From Eledone cirrhosa (taxonomy: Eukaryota): a stretch of DNA of 64,000 nucleotides. Shown one piece after another: positions 14,466 through 28,058 of the stretch. Below the pieces are notes generated by a model that searched no databases, was not told where the DNA came from, and was given only the letters and a program-made list of their open reading frames with translations. Within the stretch, counting starts at the first letter, position 1. The number at the start of each line of letters is the position of its first letter. A program made the position numbers and the translations under genes. Location: the NCBI GenBank assembly GCA_964016885.1, contig OZ024740.1, positions 223,758,001-223,822,000 on the forward strand, in the 5' to 3' direction.

Positions 14466-14619
14466 TCGTTGACACATATATCAATGTGCCCAGACACGGA
14501 GATATATTGCCCTTGGTATGACAGTGTGATTTTAGCTCAATGTAGGATAACTAGTATACTTCAGAGCCGTTATAATTATAGGAATAACCAAAGAGTGCCT
14601 AGAACTATATTGTTTTATT

Positions 14620-14666
14620 AGCTAACAGTGTTTCATCCATACTCTATGGCAGGAATCATCAGAGCT
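14620..14666 (-). ncRNA. Minimal type I hammerhead ribozyme in a Penelope-like pLTR/UTR remnant (~14461-15090)
   Basis: Minus strand AGCT|CTGATGA|TTCC...GGAT|GAAAC-act-GT|T|AGCT. The element ends in (TA)n at 14379-14462. Confidence 0.7.
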
Positions 14667-15094
14667 TAAAAACAAGAGTATATCAATAATTGTATGCTCC
14701 ATCAAGCTGCATCACCAGAACAAGGTTAAAGGACCAGCAGAGGGGTCCCTAGGTCAGCGCTATATGGAAAAAGAGAGAAAACATGATGCACATAATGTCA
14801 TAAAATGTCATAAAAAATTACATCAAAAATTAAAAATTACACCAAAAATGTATCACTTAAATGGCGCAATAGATGATAAAGAGGTTGGGAGAGGGTAGCA
14901 AGGAGTGAGTGAAGGTATTACTCAGCATGATCAAAAACAATAAAAAAGTACAAAAATACAAAGATAACAAAAAAAGTAAAAATAAAAAACAATAAAGGAA
15001 CAAAGAAAAACAAAAAAAAACAAAAAAAAACAAAGCAAAGCACAAACAGTGCAAAAATAGGGTGTACAGGCAGATTAAGAAAGTTTGCAAGCAT

Positions 15095-17900
15095 GAGTCT
15101 GCTTGAAGAATAGTTGGTTAGCAGTGGTACAGCTTTATATGTATGATAGTCCATAGGAAGGCACATGAATGCTCCATTAATCCTTTTTGTGAGTGTTTTT
15201 GTCAGTGTCCACCTGTAGAGGAAAATGGACTCAACCGTTGCTTTGAATAGTCTTATTTCCTTAGTTTTCTTGATCAGAGAACCCCATACATTTGATAAGG
15301 AGTTAAGAGCTCCCATGCCTTGCCTATCATGGTGAACACATCGTGCACTGAGTTCACAAAACTGCTAAAGTGTGAGAAGTAATCAACTTCCTCAATCTTT
15401 GAACCATCCAGCACATGTATTTGTTTATTTGACATTGCATTGAGATGCATGACTTTTTTTCTTCAACATTCAAGTAGAGTTCAATGGACTCCATGCAGTC
15501 ATTATTCTGTGGAGCACACCTCAGCTTCTTTGCAGGTGTTTTCCAGGAAAGCTATGTCATCTGCGGCATAAGCCATTTCGGGTAGAACTTCCTCCAAATA
15601 TTGGGTACTTTGTTGCCTTTTCATCTTTAATCCATCTGTTTGTGCAATGGCATTATGCAGTGCATAATCAAGGCATATCCACAAAAAGGAAAAAGATACC
15701 AGAGGATCTCTTTGGATGTCTCTCGTATCAGTGGAGAATAGGCCTGAGTTTTCCTTGGGTGTCATCACAAATGCTGAAGTATTCTCATACATGACGTTAT
15801 TGGCATTCACAATATGATCAGGTATCTCATACACAAGAACAATTTTGAGTACCTTATTTCGGTCAATTGAATCAAAAGCCTCCTTGAAATCTATGAATAC
15901 AATTGCTGCCTCCTTCTTGTGATTCTGTACCTCATCAACAATCCTTCTGTGAGGCAGTAGAGCAAAATGGCTGAAATCCATTCAAGATCACCCTTTTTTA
16001 AAGTTTTTGCCTCTTTAATTGCAAAACGGTAATGGCATTATTCCTGATATTCCCCATTCCTCAGGCCTGTGCCCTTTGATGTGGAAGCCCCTTAGAAACT
16101 TAGAGCTTCAGGTAGTTTTCACAGGTCTCCAGTTGTGCCATCAAAACCAGGTACTTTGCCTGGTTTCATTACCTTTAGTGCAATGTCTACCTCTTCTATG
16201 CAGAATTCAGTGACATTTATTTCTGGATGGACCTGAAATAATGGATTAATCACTATGTCTGGCTCACAATGATTGCCAGTTCATAGGAATTTGTGGAAGT
16301 GCTCCCTCCAAAACACAAGAAGATCTTCTTGGATATAAATCATAATTTTCCTCTTCTTCTTTTAAGAGAGTTCTTTTATTTGTCTACAAGTTTCTCTGGC
16401 TGTGTTGAAAATACACCATTGTTTGGTTGATTCTTTAATTCTTCAGATGATCAAAAGTATAGTGCCGAATTCAGTAGATTTGTGGGTGTAGCTTCTGACT
16501 GTAACCATTGTTGCACATTCCACAGTGAATGTAACTTGATGGGACCTTATTACAGATGAACACAAATGAAGTATAATTTTTCTCATCAGCTGGCAAGGAT
16601 TCAAACTTATTAGCAATTGAGTCATTAATTGCTCTTGCAATGTTGACATCTTCCCTTAGCACATTCCAGTAAAACAGTTTCAGATTGGGTCTCCTTTTTG
16701 GGTGAAGACTAAGTTTAACTTTAGCTGTGATGATGTTGCGATCTCTGCTAACAACTGCAGAGGAAGTATGTGCCTGACAATCATGAATGCTGTTTCCCCA
16801 TAAATGATAAAATCAATTTCGGAAAGATGCCCAGCTGGGTATCACCATGTCCAGAGATTCCGTTTCGAATTCTGGAAAGTAGCATTCCCAACTAGCAGAT
16901 TATGTTGATGTAAAAATTCATCTAGAAATATGTCATTTCTGTTAGTACTGCGGTGGTATGAAACTTTGCCTCTAATTTGCATGTTGAAGAATCCTCCCAA
17001 TAATTAGCATGGCATGTGAAGTTACTTCAGAAACAGTGGCACTCAGTTGATGATAAAACTGTTCTACTTCCTCTTTCTGCAGTTAATTGTTGGGTGAATA
17101 GCAACTTATAGCAACAGTTTAAGGTTTATCCTTGAATACTGCTGTGAAACTCCAGTCATTGACCTTAGTTACCTTTGCAAGGACAGGAAGGAAGTGTGTT
17201 TGTACTATCAAATCATCTTATCCATTTACAGTACCGATGTCATTTTTTTAATGCTGATGCAGTAAACGGAGTGTTCTTGGTGATGTTAGGGGATACATTG
17301 GTGTTCTTGAACACATACAATTGTAATGTTATTGGTGTTGATATGCTTGTTGAGCTCCTCATGGGAAAAGTAGGATGTATGTGTGGCAGTTTGGAAATGA
17401 TGCTGTATGGTATCTTTTGTCAAGGTAGTTCCCTCTTGGTCCTGACATCGGAAGATTCTCATCCAGTAGGATTTAGAACATCATCTTCATAGGTAAAGGT
17501 TGAGACTTCGTCAGGACCATGCAGGGACAGAAAAACATGTGCTCTAATTGTGGGGTTGTTGTTTGTACCAGTCATGGTTTCTATAAGCTGAAATACTATG
17601 ATGACTTGCCAGGACTCTCACAGGTATGGTGCCCCACTGATGGAGTTAGAATTCCCTAGCATTGACCTGATGATTGGTTCCTCCACTAAGCAAACAAGCA
17701 CTCAAAACTGAGACAACCATTTATTTGAGATCACTTTTCTGCACAATCACTATTCCTGCTTCCCAAATGGATCTTTGCATAACCACATATGAGTGGTTGC
17801 CTGGTACTATGCCTTGCCAAAGGGCAACCAGGGATATGAACCAAGGACTGCTTATTCAGTATATTTGCAGCCAACCATCATATCTGAAGGTCGTTTGTCT
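15095..17900 (-). mobile_element. Long degenerate RTE-clade LINE (endonuclease and RT remnants)
   Basis: AIVFIDFKEAFDSIDR...AYAADDIAF (RT); IRLFKATVESIFLY (C-terminus); APE-like remnants near 16700-17150; many frameshifts. Confidence 0.75.
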
Positions 17901-18474
17901 CTCTATTGCATGAGGACTTGGTGTTATAGAAGTTATTGTCCCTACAAACACAAGTAGGTGATTTAATTAGCAGTGAAACTAAGTAGAGTATTCGGAAAGC
18001 ATAATAGCCAAAGTAAAAAGGGCTGGTAAAAGGTCTTGGTGCTCTTATCAATCCTGACAAGAGAAATACAGATAGATACAGATAGGCAGTTAGATAGCTA
18101 GATATACTGGTAGATAGATAGAAACATATAGAAAGAGAGAGAGAGAAATCGATAGATTGATAGATAGATAGAAAGATAGAGAACTACAGAGATAGAAAGG
18201 GCGTGGAAGGAAGAAAAAAATATTACAGTTAAGATGAATGTGAGATGTTATCAGAAGCATTCCATGTGGTTACTAAACAAAACATAACAAAGTTACAATG
18301 ATGATAGAATAACATTTAATAATGTGCCAATATTTTCGTGTTTGTAAATAAATAAACAACAGAAAAACAAATATTGATGTGTTGATAGGAATATATTAAT
18401 GCAAATGTTGTGAAGAATATAAAAATAGGATGAGAGGAAAAGATAAAAACACCATAAAAATAATAGTTAGTAAT

Positions 18475-18890
18475 TTAGGCACAAGGCCAACAATTTGGGG
18501 GAATGGGAAAGTCTATTAAATAGACCTCAATGCATTACTAGTAATTTATTTTATTGACCTTGTAAGGATGAAAGACAAAACTAACCTCAGTGAGATTTGA
18601 ATTCAGGATGTAAGGGACCATAACTCTATGTCACAAAAGTATGTTGTCTGATGCTATACTGATACTGCCAATCCACTGTTGTTTATAATAATAAAGGCCA
18701 GCAATTTGTGGGGAGGGAAAAGTCAATTAAATTGACCCCAGTGCATTACTAGTGCTTTATTTTATCGAACCTGTAAGGATGAAAGCCAAAGCTAACCTCT
18801 GCAGAATTTGAACTCAGACCATAAAGAGCCATAACTCTATGCTGCAAAGCATATTGTTCAACACTCTACAGATACTGCTAATCCACTGCC
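18475..18890 (-). mobile_element. Two tandem Meta-like tRNA SINE copies
   Basis: Two reverse-complement copies of the 6817-6996 family (18475-18678 and 18694-18890). Confidence 0.75.
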
Positions 18891-18891
18891 C

Positions 18892-21800
18892 TAATAATAA
18901 TAATAATAATAATGCTTTCTTTATTAACCACAAGGGTTTACAAAAAGTAGACATTAAGGACAGTACAGGACAATACAAGGCAGTACCAAAGGGCATTTCT
19001 GCGTGTAAAAAAACAAAAAACAGAGGATATATTAATAGAACAATGAAAACAATTCACCTGTAGGGGGGAGACTTCCGAGGGACATTCGTGGAGAAAGCCC
19101 ATTAAAAAGCCACAGTGACCCTGACCACCAGGGCAAGTGCCCTCTCCCAGTTTTCCACCTTTAATTTACAGACACATACTCAGAGTAGGCCCATTCACTC
19201 GGGCCATTCTTACCTCTCTCACCCATCATTCAACAAAATGCTGGGAAGAGAGCAGTTCCCCCTCTACCCTGATTTTCATTTTCAAATGAAATTTGAAAAA
19301 GTTAATCAGGGCATCACCGAAGAGATAAGTGCTCGTCTTCAGCCCTTTCAAACGTGTACACCATACTATCTCTTTCGCCATGGCCACCAGACAGATTAAA
19401 AAAGCCTGCCCTTCCCGGGGCAATCCTCACGATGGTCTCAGCTGATAGCTGGATCCGTCCTACACGTGACAGCAGGTGTTCGACATAAACCCACAAGTCA
19501 GCAATGCTCGGACACTGGACGAGTGCATGCAGGACGGTTTCGTCGCCCTGCGCGCATCTCGGACATGCCCGGCTGACAGCACCTCCATGCCTGTAGAGTT
19601 TATCCCGAACTGGCAAAGCTCCTCGGTAGCACTCCTAGGGCAGGGTTTTCTGGAAGTTGTCCATAGGCCCCGGCCCGAAAGTTCTTCCGAAGAGATTGGC
19701 TAGTTGATTTTCGTCGACGCCTAGAGTTTCCCCAAGTACGTCGTCGCTCTTCCCCTCCACTAATCCTCTATAGAACGCCAAGGTGGAGTTTCCACCGATC
19801 ACATTGCCCTATTGGCCGAGGGCTGTGAGCGCCTGAAGACATTCCAGTCTCCAGGCGCTCCCTCTCGGTCTTCGCTTGACCCAGGACTGCAGCTCCGCCA
19901 AGGAGACGAGCTGGGGAAAGACGCGTCTAGCAAACGGGAACCACACCTGAGCACCGTCGAGAAAGAGGTGGAGATGTCGTAGCCTGAGCGCGTGTCTGCG
20001 CATCATCAGCCACGGCATGCCCAGCCCTCCACGTAGCGGGTGTTGACAGCAGATGGACCGCCTGACCATCGCAACGCGTACCTTCCACAAAAGGCGAAAG
20101 AGCAAACGCTCCAGCGCAGTCAGGTGGGGCTTAGGACAAGTTACGACGGTCAGGTGGTAGTAGATGACGGACGCGATGTACGCGTTAGCCACCTCCGCTC
20201 GACCTTTCAGGGATAGCCTCCTCTCCGCCCATTTCTGGGTGAGAGAAGCCACCCTGCTCGTCACCTCGTACCAGTTTTTGTCCGTCTAGATGTCCGGACC
20301 GAATCAGATCCCTAGCAATTTAACCGGTCCGTCCATCAGGCGCCCGACGACGCTGTTGGACGGCATGGAGCTGCCTCTCCAGGTGCCGAGCTGCAGGCCC
20401 ACTGACTTTTGCTGGTTGATCATTGCTCCTGTTACCACTTCGTATTCTCTTAGTGTAGTGCCGATCGCCTCGATGTGTTTGGCGTTCGATACCACTACGG
20501 TGACATCGTCCGCATACGCTGACACGGATCTTCCGCATCCTAGTTCGCCCGGGAACCCGCTCAACGTCTCCAGTTTGTGCAAGTAATGGCTCGAGAGTCA
20601 ATACGTACAAGAGGGACAAGAGGGGACATCTTTGGTGGACTGAGCGCATGATGTTGAACGGTTCCGAAATGTAACCGTTCACTCTCAACACAGAGCAGAT
20701 GTCGCTGTGCATGGCAGCGATCCAGCCTCTGAAGACGGTCCCAAAGCCAGCCGCCCTCAGGACTGCCGCTTGGTAAGGATGGTCGACCCTATCGAAAGCT
20801 TTCGACTGATCTAAATTGATCAAGGACCGACCCGTGCCAGGTTCCGTAGTTACCTTCTCTACGATGTATCGCATGAGGTGGAGGTTATCGTGGATGGATC
20901 TGTCGGGAATGGCGCATGTTTGCGCCTCTTCCACCAGACCACCAACGACAAGCGCCAACCTCTTTGCTAGCACCTAGGCCAAAATCTTGAACTCTGTGTT
21001 TAGCAGAGTTATGGGCCTAAAATTATCTATGTTATCCCCCTTGTTCGGATCCTTTCTCAGCAGCGCCAAGCTCCTCGGCCCACAGAGCTGGGAATTCTCC
21101 CGTTCTGTTGCCAGTTGCAGTAGATGTCCGCCAAGAGGCCTCCGAACAAGTCTGGCATCTGTACGTAAAGTTCATAGGGCAGACCATCCAAACCAGGCGA
21201 TTTACCCCTTGTGCAGCCAGTCATTGCTTCCCGTACTTCCGCGGCTGTTATCGGCTTTTCGAACACTCCGCCTCAGTGGCCGAGAGCCGCGGCAGTCCTT
21301 CGAGGTAGGTACACACGTTTGCCCGGGTCGAGTAGCATGCGCCCGTCGTGGTCCACCAAAGACCGGATCGTAGCTTTGTTGCCACGACGCGCCCCCGCCA
21401 CTCGGGCCCATTGAACGGCTTTCGTCCCCTCGTGTCTGAGAGCACGCACCCTAGCTCTGACAACGCAGGCTTTGTGCTTTGCATTGAAGAATTGATCAAG
21501 GGCCAATTTCGCCGCAAGTATGTCCGTCGCGATGCCTTTGCTAAACGCCTCGTCTAATTTTCTAACTAGTTCTCCCTCTGCTCTATTTTTCTCTATTGCT
21601 AAAGCCTTACTAAACCTAATGGACTCTATTCTAATCGCTCTTTTCAGAGCAAACCACCTTTGTTGTTGACGATGGCCCCCGTCAACGCCCGCTTAACTAG
21701 TTCGCTAATCCGGTCTCTGTAGGCCTTTCGCGCTGGTAAGCACGCGTTTAATTTCCAGTAGCCGGGTTCTCGTCTATGAAGCCTATTTAAGTCAAGCACA

Positions 21801-23390
21801 CAGATCACGAATTTGTGGTCCATGTAGCTGACTATCTTGAATTGTGGGCAGCATATGCTAGACCTATCTATTTACCGACAAAATACTCTATCTAGATATG
21901 ATATGGATGACCCTATATGATTTGTCCAAGTCCACATTGGCACATTCTGGAAATCCAATCGGTACCTGTCAGACAGTTCAAAACGCCTAAGAAGGTTGGT
22001 GAAGCTCTTGCACCCTCCTCCCCTATCCGCTAATCCCACACAGTCCCAGCGTGTATCTATGATCCCGTTCCAGTCGCCCACTAACACTAAAGAGCGGGAC
22101 GTTCCAAGAAAGGTCTCCAGATGCCGGAAGAAATCAGGCCGCCCTGCTCCTGTCGGGGCATAGACGGCTACTAGCCTGAAAGCTTGCCCGTCTCTGCTGG
22201 TCACGTCCAGCAACACCAACTTACCCTCTGGGTCCAGGAAGATGGCCCGTATGGCGAGATCCAAACCTCTCCTAAAAAGCACAGCAACTCCGCCCCCCGA
22301 TCCAGGACGGCTGGGAGATGCGTACACATCATAGCCGCTGAAGATTGGTGCGAAGGCTCGTGCTTCGGAGATTCTGGTCTCGCTGATGGCCACTGCATCT
22401 ATGTTTATTGACCTGAGGTCGTTGACCAGGTGGCCCTGCTTCCATGACGACCCCAAGCCACACGCATTTATGCTGCCTATTCTGAGTGAGGTCATGTTGA
22501 ACTGGAGTGGAAAAGATGGGAAAACACCACTTACCTTACTTCTCGTAGAGGAAGGATGGTTTCTCCATCCTTTTCACTGCTTCTGGCCTCCTCCGGACGG
22601 ATGTCCTTATAAATTCTCCTGGAGTGTACTTGTCGGAAGTCTCCGATCTCTTTGGGGAATTTTTGTTTTAGTGTCGTGTACGTTTTCTGTGTGATGCGAG
22701 TGATTTGTATGTGTGGAGGTGGTGTGAACTTTTGGGTTGTTGTGTAGTCTTTTTCTGTGATGCTGGTGTTGTGTGGGATGTAGTGTAGTAATTGTTTGTT
22801 GTTCAAATTTATTGCTGTGTAGTGTGTATCGTTTTGGTTGTTTTGTTTTGTTTGCGTTTGTTGTGGGTTTGTTTCTGTTTCGCTTTTTAGTGACTTTTGT
22901 GCTGTTGGTGATGGAGGTGTTGGGGTTAATGATGGTGATGGTGTTGGTGTTTGTGGTGATGGGGTTGGTGATGCTGGTGTGGATGGTAGCATAGCTGTCC
23001 TAACTTTTTTGTTTGATAGTTTATTTGTTTCCCTCTGTATTTTGTCTTTGGAGGGGGAAGGAAGGGGATTCTTTTCTTTTTTGGTTTCTTTTTCTTTTTT
23101 TTCTTTTTTCTGATACCGTTTCCCACTCCTCGTCGTCACAATTTCTCTCCAGTTGCGATAGGTCGGGGAGTGGAAAATCCTCCACAGGCGTTGGTTTTGG
23201 TTGTGGCGTGGTGGATGCTGTAGGCGATGGTGCTAGTTCTGGCGCTTTGGGTGGTGGTGGTGTTGGTTTTGTTACTGTCGCTGGGGTTGTTGCTGTTACA
23301 GTTGCTTCTGTTGTTGCTGCTACAGTTGCTGCTGCCATTTCTGCTGCTGGTGGTGTTGATAGTTGAGTCACTGGGGTGGGTAAGAGAGAT
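18892..23390 (-). mobile_element. L1/Tx1-clade LINE: ORF1 remnant plus frameshifted ORF2 (APE, RT, CCHC), with (ATT)n tail
   Basis: APE: LRIGSINACGL...ISET...GGGVAVL...VAVYAP...VGDWN...YLDRVF (21872-22495). RT: KSPGLDGLP, LDQSKAFDRVDH, AYADDVT. C-terminus: CPRC...ETVLHALVQC. Low-complexity Pro/Thr/Lys ORF1 tail at 22531-23366. Confidence 0.9.
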
Positions 23391-23392
23391 AA

Positions 23393-23576
23393 GTTTCTAC
23401 TTTTGGCGCAAGGCCAGCAATTACTCCAATGCATTACTGGTACTTTATTTTATCGACCCCGTAAGGATGAAAGGCAAAAATTAACCTCGGCGGGATTTGA
23501 ACTCAGAATGGCAAAGGCCGTAACTCTATGCGTCTAAGCATGGCGTACGACTCTCTACCGATACTGCCAATCCACC
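23393..23576 (-). mobile_element. Meta-like tRNA SINE
   Basis: Near full-length reverse copy of the 6817-6996 family. Confidence 0.8.
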
Positions 23577-23577
23577 G

Positions 23578-24560
23578 GTTTTATTTATTGGCCACAAGGG
23601 CCGACATGTAGGGGACAATACAAAGACAGAGACAGTGGGGTTTACAATAAGGTCAAGTAAAAGTGTTCAATGGCAAGACTAATTTAACAATGAAGATATA
23701 AAAATATAAAATAAACTATGCATAAATATAACAAAATAAATTCCCCGATAGGGGGGTAGACGACTCAGAGGTGACTCAGGTACCCCACCAATCCTGAACC
23801 AGCCTGCATTTCTAGAGCACCCCTCTCCTCCTCAAATTAGCTAGCCTATAGGCGCATGGTCAGAGTAGGCCCATTCACACGGGCCTTTCTCACCACATTC
23901 ATCCACCTTTTAGCAAATGTACTGGGGGCAGCACTTCTCTCTCCACCCTCACCTTCCTTTCCAGCTGAAACTTGAAGAAGTTGATGAGGGATTGGCCGAA
24001 GAGAAAAGTGTCTGTCTTCAGTCCTTTCAATCTAGTCCACCATATAACCTCTTTTGCAACTGCCACCAGACAGAGGAAAATTGCCTGCAATGCTGGCCAA
24101 AAGAAGGCGGCGGGTTGATCTTCACTATGGACTCAGCCGATAACCGGATCCATTCTACATGCGACAACAGCTGTTCGACATAACTCCACAAGTCAGTAAT
24201 GTACGGACATTGGACAAGTGCGTGCAGAATGGTTTCGTCGCTCTGTGCGCATCTCGGGCAGGTCCGTCTGACAGCACTTCCATGCCTGTAGAGTTTATCC
24301 CAAACCCGCAGTGTCTCCCAGTAGCACCGCCAGGCGAGGATTTCTGGAAATTGTCCATCGTCCCCGGCTCGAAAGTCCTCCGGAACAGACTGGTCAGTTC
24401 GACTTCGTCGTGGCCCAAAGCTTCTCCGAGGGCATCATCGCACTTGCCCACCACTAATCCTATATAGAACTCGAGAGTGGAAGTTCCACTGATCACATTG
24501 CCCGCTTGGTAGAGGGCAGTGAGTGCCTAGCAACATTGCAGGTGCCAGTCACTCACTGTT
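23578..24560 (-). mobile_element. Second Tx1-clade LINE 3' fragment (diverged subfamily)
   Basis: Paralogous to 19170-19860 (FLCLVAVAKEVIWWTRLKGL; GTMDNFQKS); AATAAA-containing 3' end. Confidence 0.85.
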
Positions 24561-25100
24561 TTTCTTAAGTTCAGTGATGGTCCTTGGTTTGTGGACATAT
24601 ACACTATCCTTCAGATAGCCCCAAAGAAAGAAATCTTGGGTGGGCCCTTGAATCAGGGCTCTGTGAGGCCCACTCAAAATCAATCTTCAAATTGATCATA
24701 CAATTTCCAAGGTTATTTTTCAGTCAGTATTCTGTAAAAGTACTTCTTAATATCCTCTTTGACAACCCTTCTGCAAGTTTCTCAGGAGAGACACAAAGAT
24801 TGACTTCGCCAGTGCAGCGATTTTTATGGTTTCTCTTCAACACACTCTAATTCCATGTCAATAACTTCATTTATCCTCTTCTTGGATCATCTGGATTGGA
24901 CAGGACTGTCCTCTGACATAGTATTGAGGTTGTCCACTGCCCATTGGTCTCAAATGTCTTCACCTAGGTTTGTATATTGACTTTGAAGGGAGATGTATTC
25001 ATTAAAAAATGCATGAAATTGCTCCTGGAACTGCTTGTACAAGCCATACATAGTAATATTTCACAAAGAAAATCTGGCACTGTCACTCACATTGGAGTCT
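24560..25100 (-). mobile_element. Degenerate Tc1/mariner-type transposase N-terminal remnant
   Basis: Hand-translated frameshifted pieces FETNG..., VEEKP.KSLHWRSQSL resemble the HTH region of mariner-like transposases. Confidence 0.4.
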
Positions 25101-25698
25101 GGTTATCTTCTCTAACGTTGTATGTCATGTTCTGCAATTCAATGTTGATCTATTAGAAAATGAATATACAGTGAGACAAAACGTATTTATCGAATCATTT
25201 TTATTTTTTTAGTCTGTCTAGATCATTAGTTCCCAAACGTTCCTAAAAAGCCGTATATCCCTTTTTTAGACTTTTGGAAACTGTACCAATATTTCGTAGC
25301 AAATTCCATTCTGACGATCTTAATTTTGATAAGACTTTACAAGAAACAATGTTTTTTTTAGGGAGAATCTATTCCCATAAGGAACATTTACAAATGTTTA
25401 GAACGTTAGAATGTTTGTGGAAAACTATTGCTCCACAGAAACCACTTTAGGAAACATTAGTATAAAAGATGGCCATTCACATGAATGGAGTGGTTGTTAA
25501 ATCAAAATGTCACCCATATAGACTTATCTTTAAAGTATCAAATTTGCTTTTCATTGTGTTTAAATTGTACAAGCTTACTGACACATATGTACTATCAGCT
25601 CTGTCATAGCTCTCAAGCAAGATATTAAATAACAAGTAGCCTTCCTTCATTACCCACGGGGAATCATAAAACAAACAAAAAAGAGACATTCTATCATG

Positions 25699-25845
25699 CA
25701 TTCTGAGTTCAAATCCCGCCGAGGTTGACTTTGCCTTTCATCCTTACGGGGTCGATAAAATAAAGTACCAGTAATAAAGTACCAGTAATAAAGTACCAGT
25801 AATGAACTGGGAAATTGCTGGCCTTGTGCCTAAAGTAGAAACAAT
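25699..25845 (+). mobile_element. 5'-truncated Meta-like SINE with a triplicated 14-mer
   Basis: SINE body with (TAAAGTACCAGTAA)x3. Confidence 0.75.
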
Positions 25846-25939
25846 TATGACTTTGGTAGCAGTTTCAGAAATAGAGATAAACAATATTTATATAAAACAA
25901 TGTTGTCTCTGATCGAGACAACGCAAGAGTGTATTTGAA

Positions 25940-26216
25940 TACATATAAAGATGAGGAAACTCATCGCTAGAACAGCTGTTAAATCAATTAAATGCAGACA
26001 AAGACAGCAATGGGCAAAAATACCTCAGAGTACAAAGACCAGCGGCCAGAGTACAAAGACCAGTGGCCTCAACAGAGAGACAATCTATAAGGTGGGTGAC
26101 AGAACACTGGCCATTGGTCTCTGACCTCTGAGGCATTTTTGCCCATTGCTGTCTCTTACAGCATTTAGTAGTTTTAACGGCTGTTCTAGTGATGCGTTTT
26201 CTCATTTTTGTATCTA
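25940..26216. mobile_element. Foldback MITE with ~100 bp imperfect TIRs
   Basis: CATCGCTAGAACAGCTGTTAAA...GACAGCAATGGGCAAAAATACCTCAGAG is mirrored by CTCTGAGGCATTTTTGCCCATTGCTGTC...TTTAACGGCTGTTCTAGTGATG; TA at both ends. Confidence 0.7.
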
Positions 26217-26217
26217 T

Positions 26218-26530
26218 CATCATCATCATCATCATCGTGTTACGTCCACTTTTCCCTGCTTGCAAGGGTGGGACGAGAACTGATTCTGGCTTGATTTCTA
26301 CAGCTGGATGCCCTTCCTAACACCAACCTCATTTACAGTGAGTGCTGGGTGCTTTTTTACCGTGGCACCTCCAGTCCCTATCATCTCATTTCTACAGCTG
26401 AGTAAACTGGAGCAATGTGAAATAAAGTGTCTTGTTCAAGGAAACAACACATCACCCGGTATGAGAATTGAACTCACAAACTTTCGATTGCAAGGCCAAT
26501 GCTCTAACCACTAAGCCATGTGCCTCCATA
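26218..26530 (-). mobile_element. CORE-like tRNA SINE
   Basis: tRNA-like head (TGGCTTAGTGGTTAGAGCA...GAGTTCAATTC), CORE-like middle, (GAT)n tail. Confidence 0.75.
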
Positions 26531-27914
26531 TGCCTATCTATATATAATAATAATATAATTTATGTGAGAGAAACAAGAATTACATACTTAGAACACGATT
26601 TCATTCAAGAATGGAAAGGAATGTAAACAACGTAAGAGCTTTACATTCAAACTCACTTGTGTGTATGGTTGACAGAAGAGTCAATTGAAGGGTGCCACTG
26701 TTTCAATGTATAAATCTCACATAAAATTACATATATCAGTTTCTATACAATTCTACCATATGATGGTTTTGAGCATTTAAATATTTTTGTACCCCAAAAT
26801 AAACAACCACTACACACACACACACACACACAAAGAGATAGAAAGACACACATACACAGATAGACACATGGATATATAAATTTAAGTTTAATATACGGGT
26901 GATACACACACAGATCAGCATATCCACTGGACAGTCAATTTGTTAATAATCGATACCAGTAGGGAAGAAGGGATATGATTATACACTGTGTAGATCATTA
27001 GCTACCATCTGTCATCCATCATTTTGTGTACTCATTGAAATTTATGAGGTGGAATTTGACCATGTATTGGCAAGTGGGAATTAGTTCACTCTTTTGGTTT
27101 AGGAATGGGGCAGGATGGAGTTTTATGTGACGATTCTCTATAAGACAGATGCCATCGTAATTTAAATGTCTGTGCCTTATACAGCACTAGCTATGAAGTG
27201 ATGATGATCTCTTGATTTTCAAATGTGTTTTGAAAGTGCTGTTATCCAGGTGGCAATGACAGAAGGAGCAGCTGTGCTTCTGCAAAAACAGACTTGAAGG
27301 TATTTACTGTAAGTGCTATATAACTTGTTACTGGTGGAAAAAGCAGCCTGATCTATAGCGTTTTTCTCTGTGCATTTGGTTTTTAGGTTGCAATACATTA
27401 GTTTCAAAAATTACATGTCAAGCATCTTTATTCTGTCTTTCTTTATAGTTATGCACCAATGACCTTGACAGGTGTTTTTCCTGCAGCTGTGGCTCACCTT
27501 AATGTTACATTTTATTTTGCTGAATACCTGGTTGAATTTATGAATGATTGGGAAACGTTTTCCAATTTTAGAAATAAAATACTTTGCAGCATGGATTTAT
27601 TTTCCATGGAAGGATATAACATGTAAAATGTATTCCCTTTGTAATTGTTAGGGTGATTGTTAGATGTCGTTACATAGTTGTATCCGTATTGTTATTAACT
27701 TCATAATAATACATTTAGGTTTGCTGGATGATAACACTCTTATCTCTTTTAGTAATATATTCTTGATCATTTTATATCCACATATATATATATATTTGAA
27801 ATTTGAAAATGTGAGAATCCCAAATGCAGAACATAATTGTAACAAGAGTTGATGAGTATAGATAACAGCTGAGAAAATCAGATAAAATTCCTTTAGAGAC
27901 AGACAAAAGTGGCC

Positions 27915-28058
27915 AGGATGAAAGGCAAAGTTAAGGATGAAAGGCAAAGGTAAGGATGAAAGGCAAAGTTAACCTCGGCGGGATTTGAACTCAGAATGGC
28001 AAGGGCCGTAACTCTATGCGTCAAAGCATGGCGTCCGACCCTCTACCGATACTGCCAA
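27915..28058 (-). mobile_element. Meta-like SINE fragment with a tandem 19-mer
   Basis: (AAGGATGAAAGGCAAAGtt)x3 followed by the SINE head. Confidence 0.75.

Noticed and set aside
25761-25803. Short direct repeats as a CRISPR-like array
   Set aside because: No spacers; slippage duplications within a SINE in eukaryotic DNA
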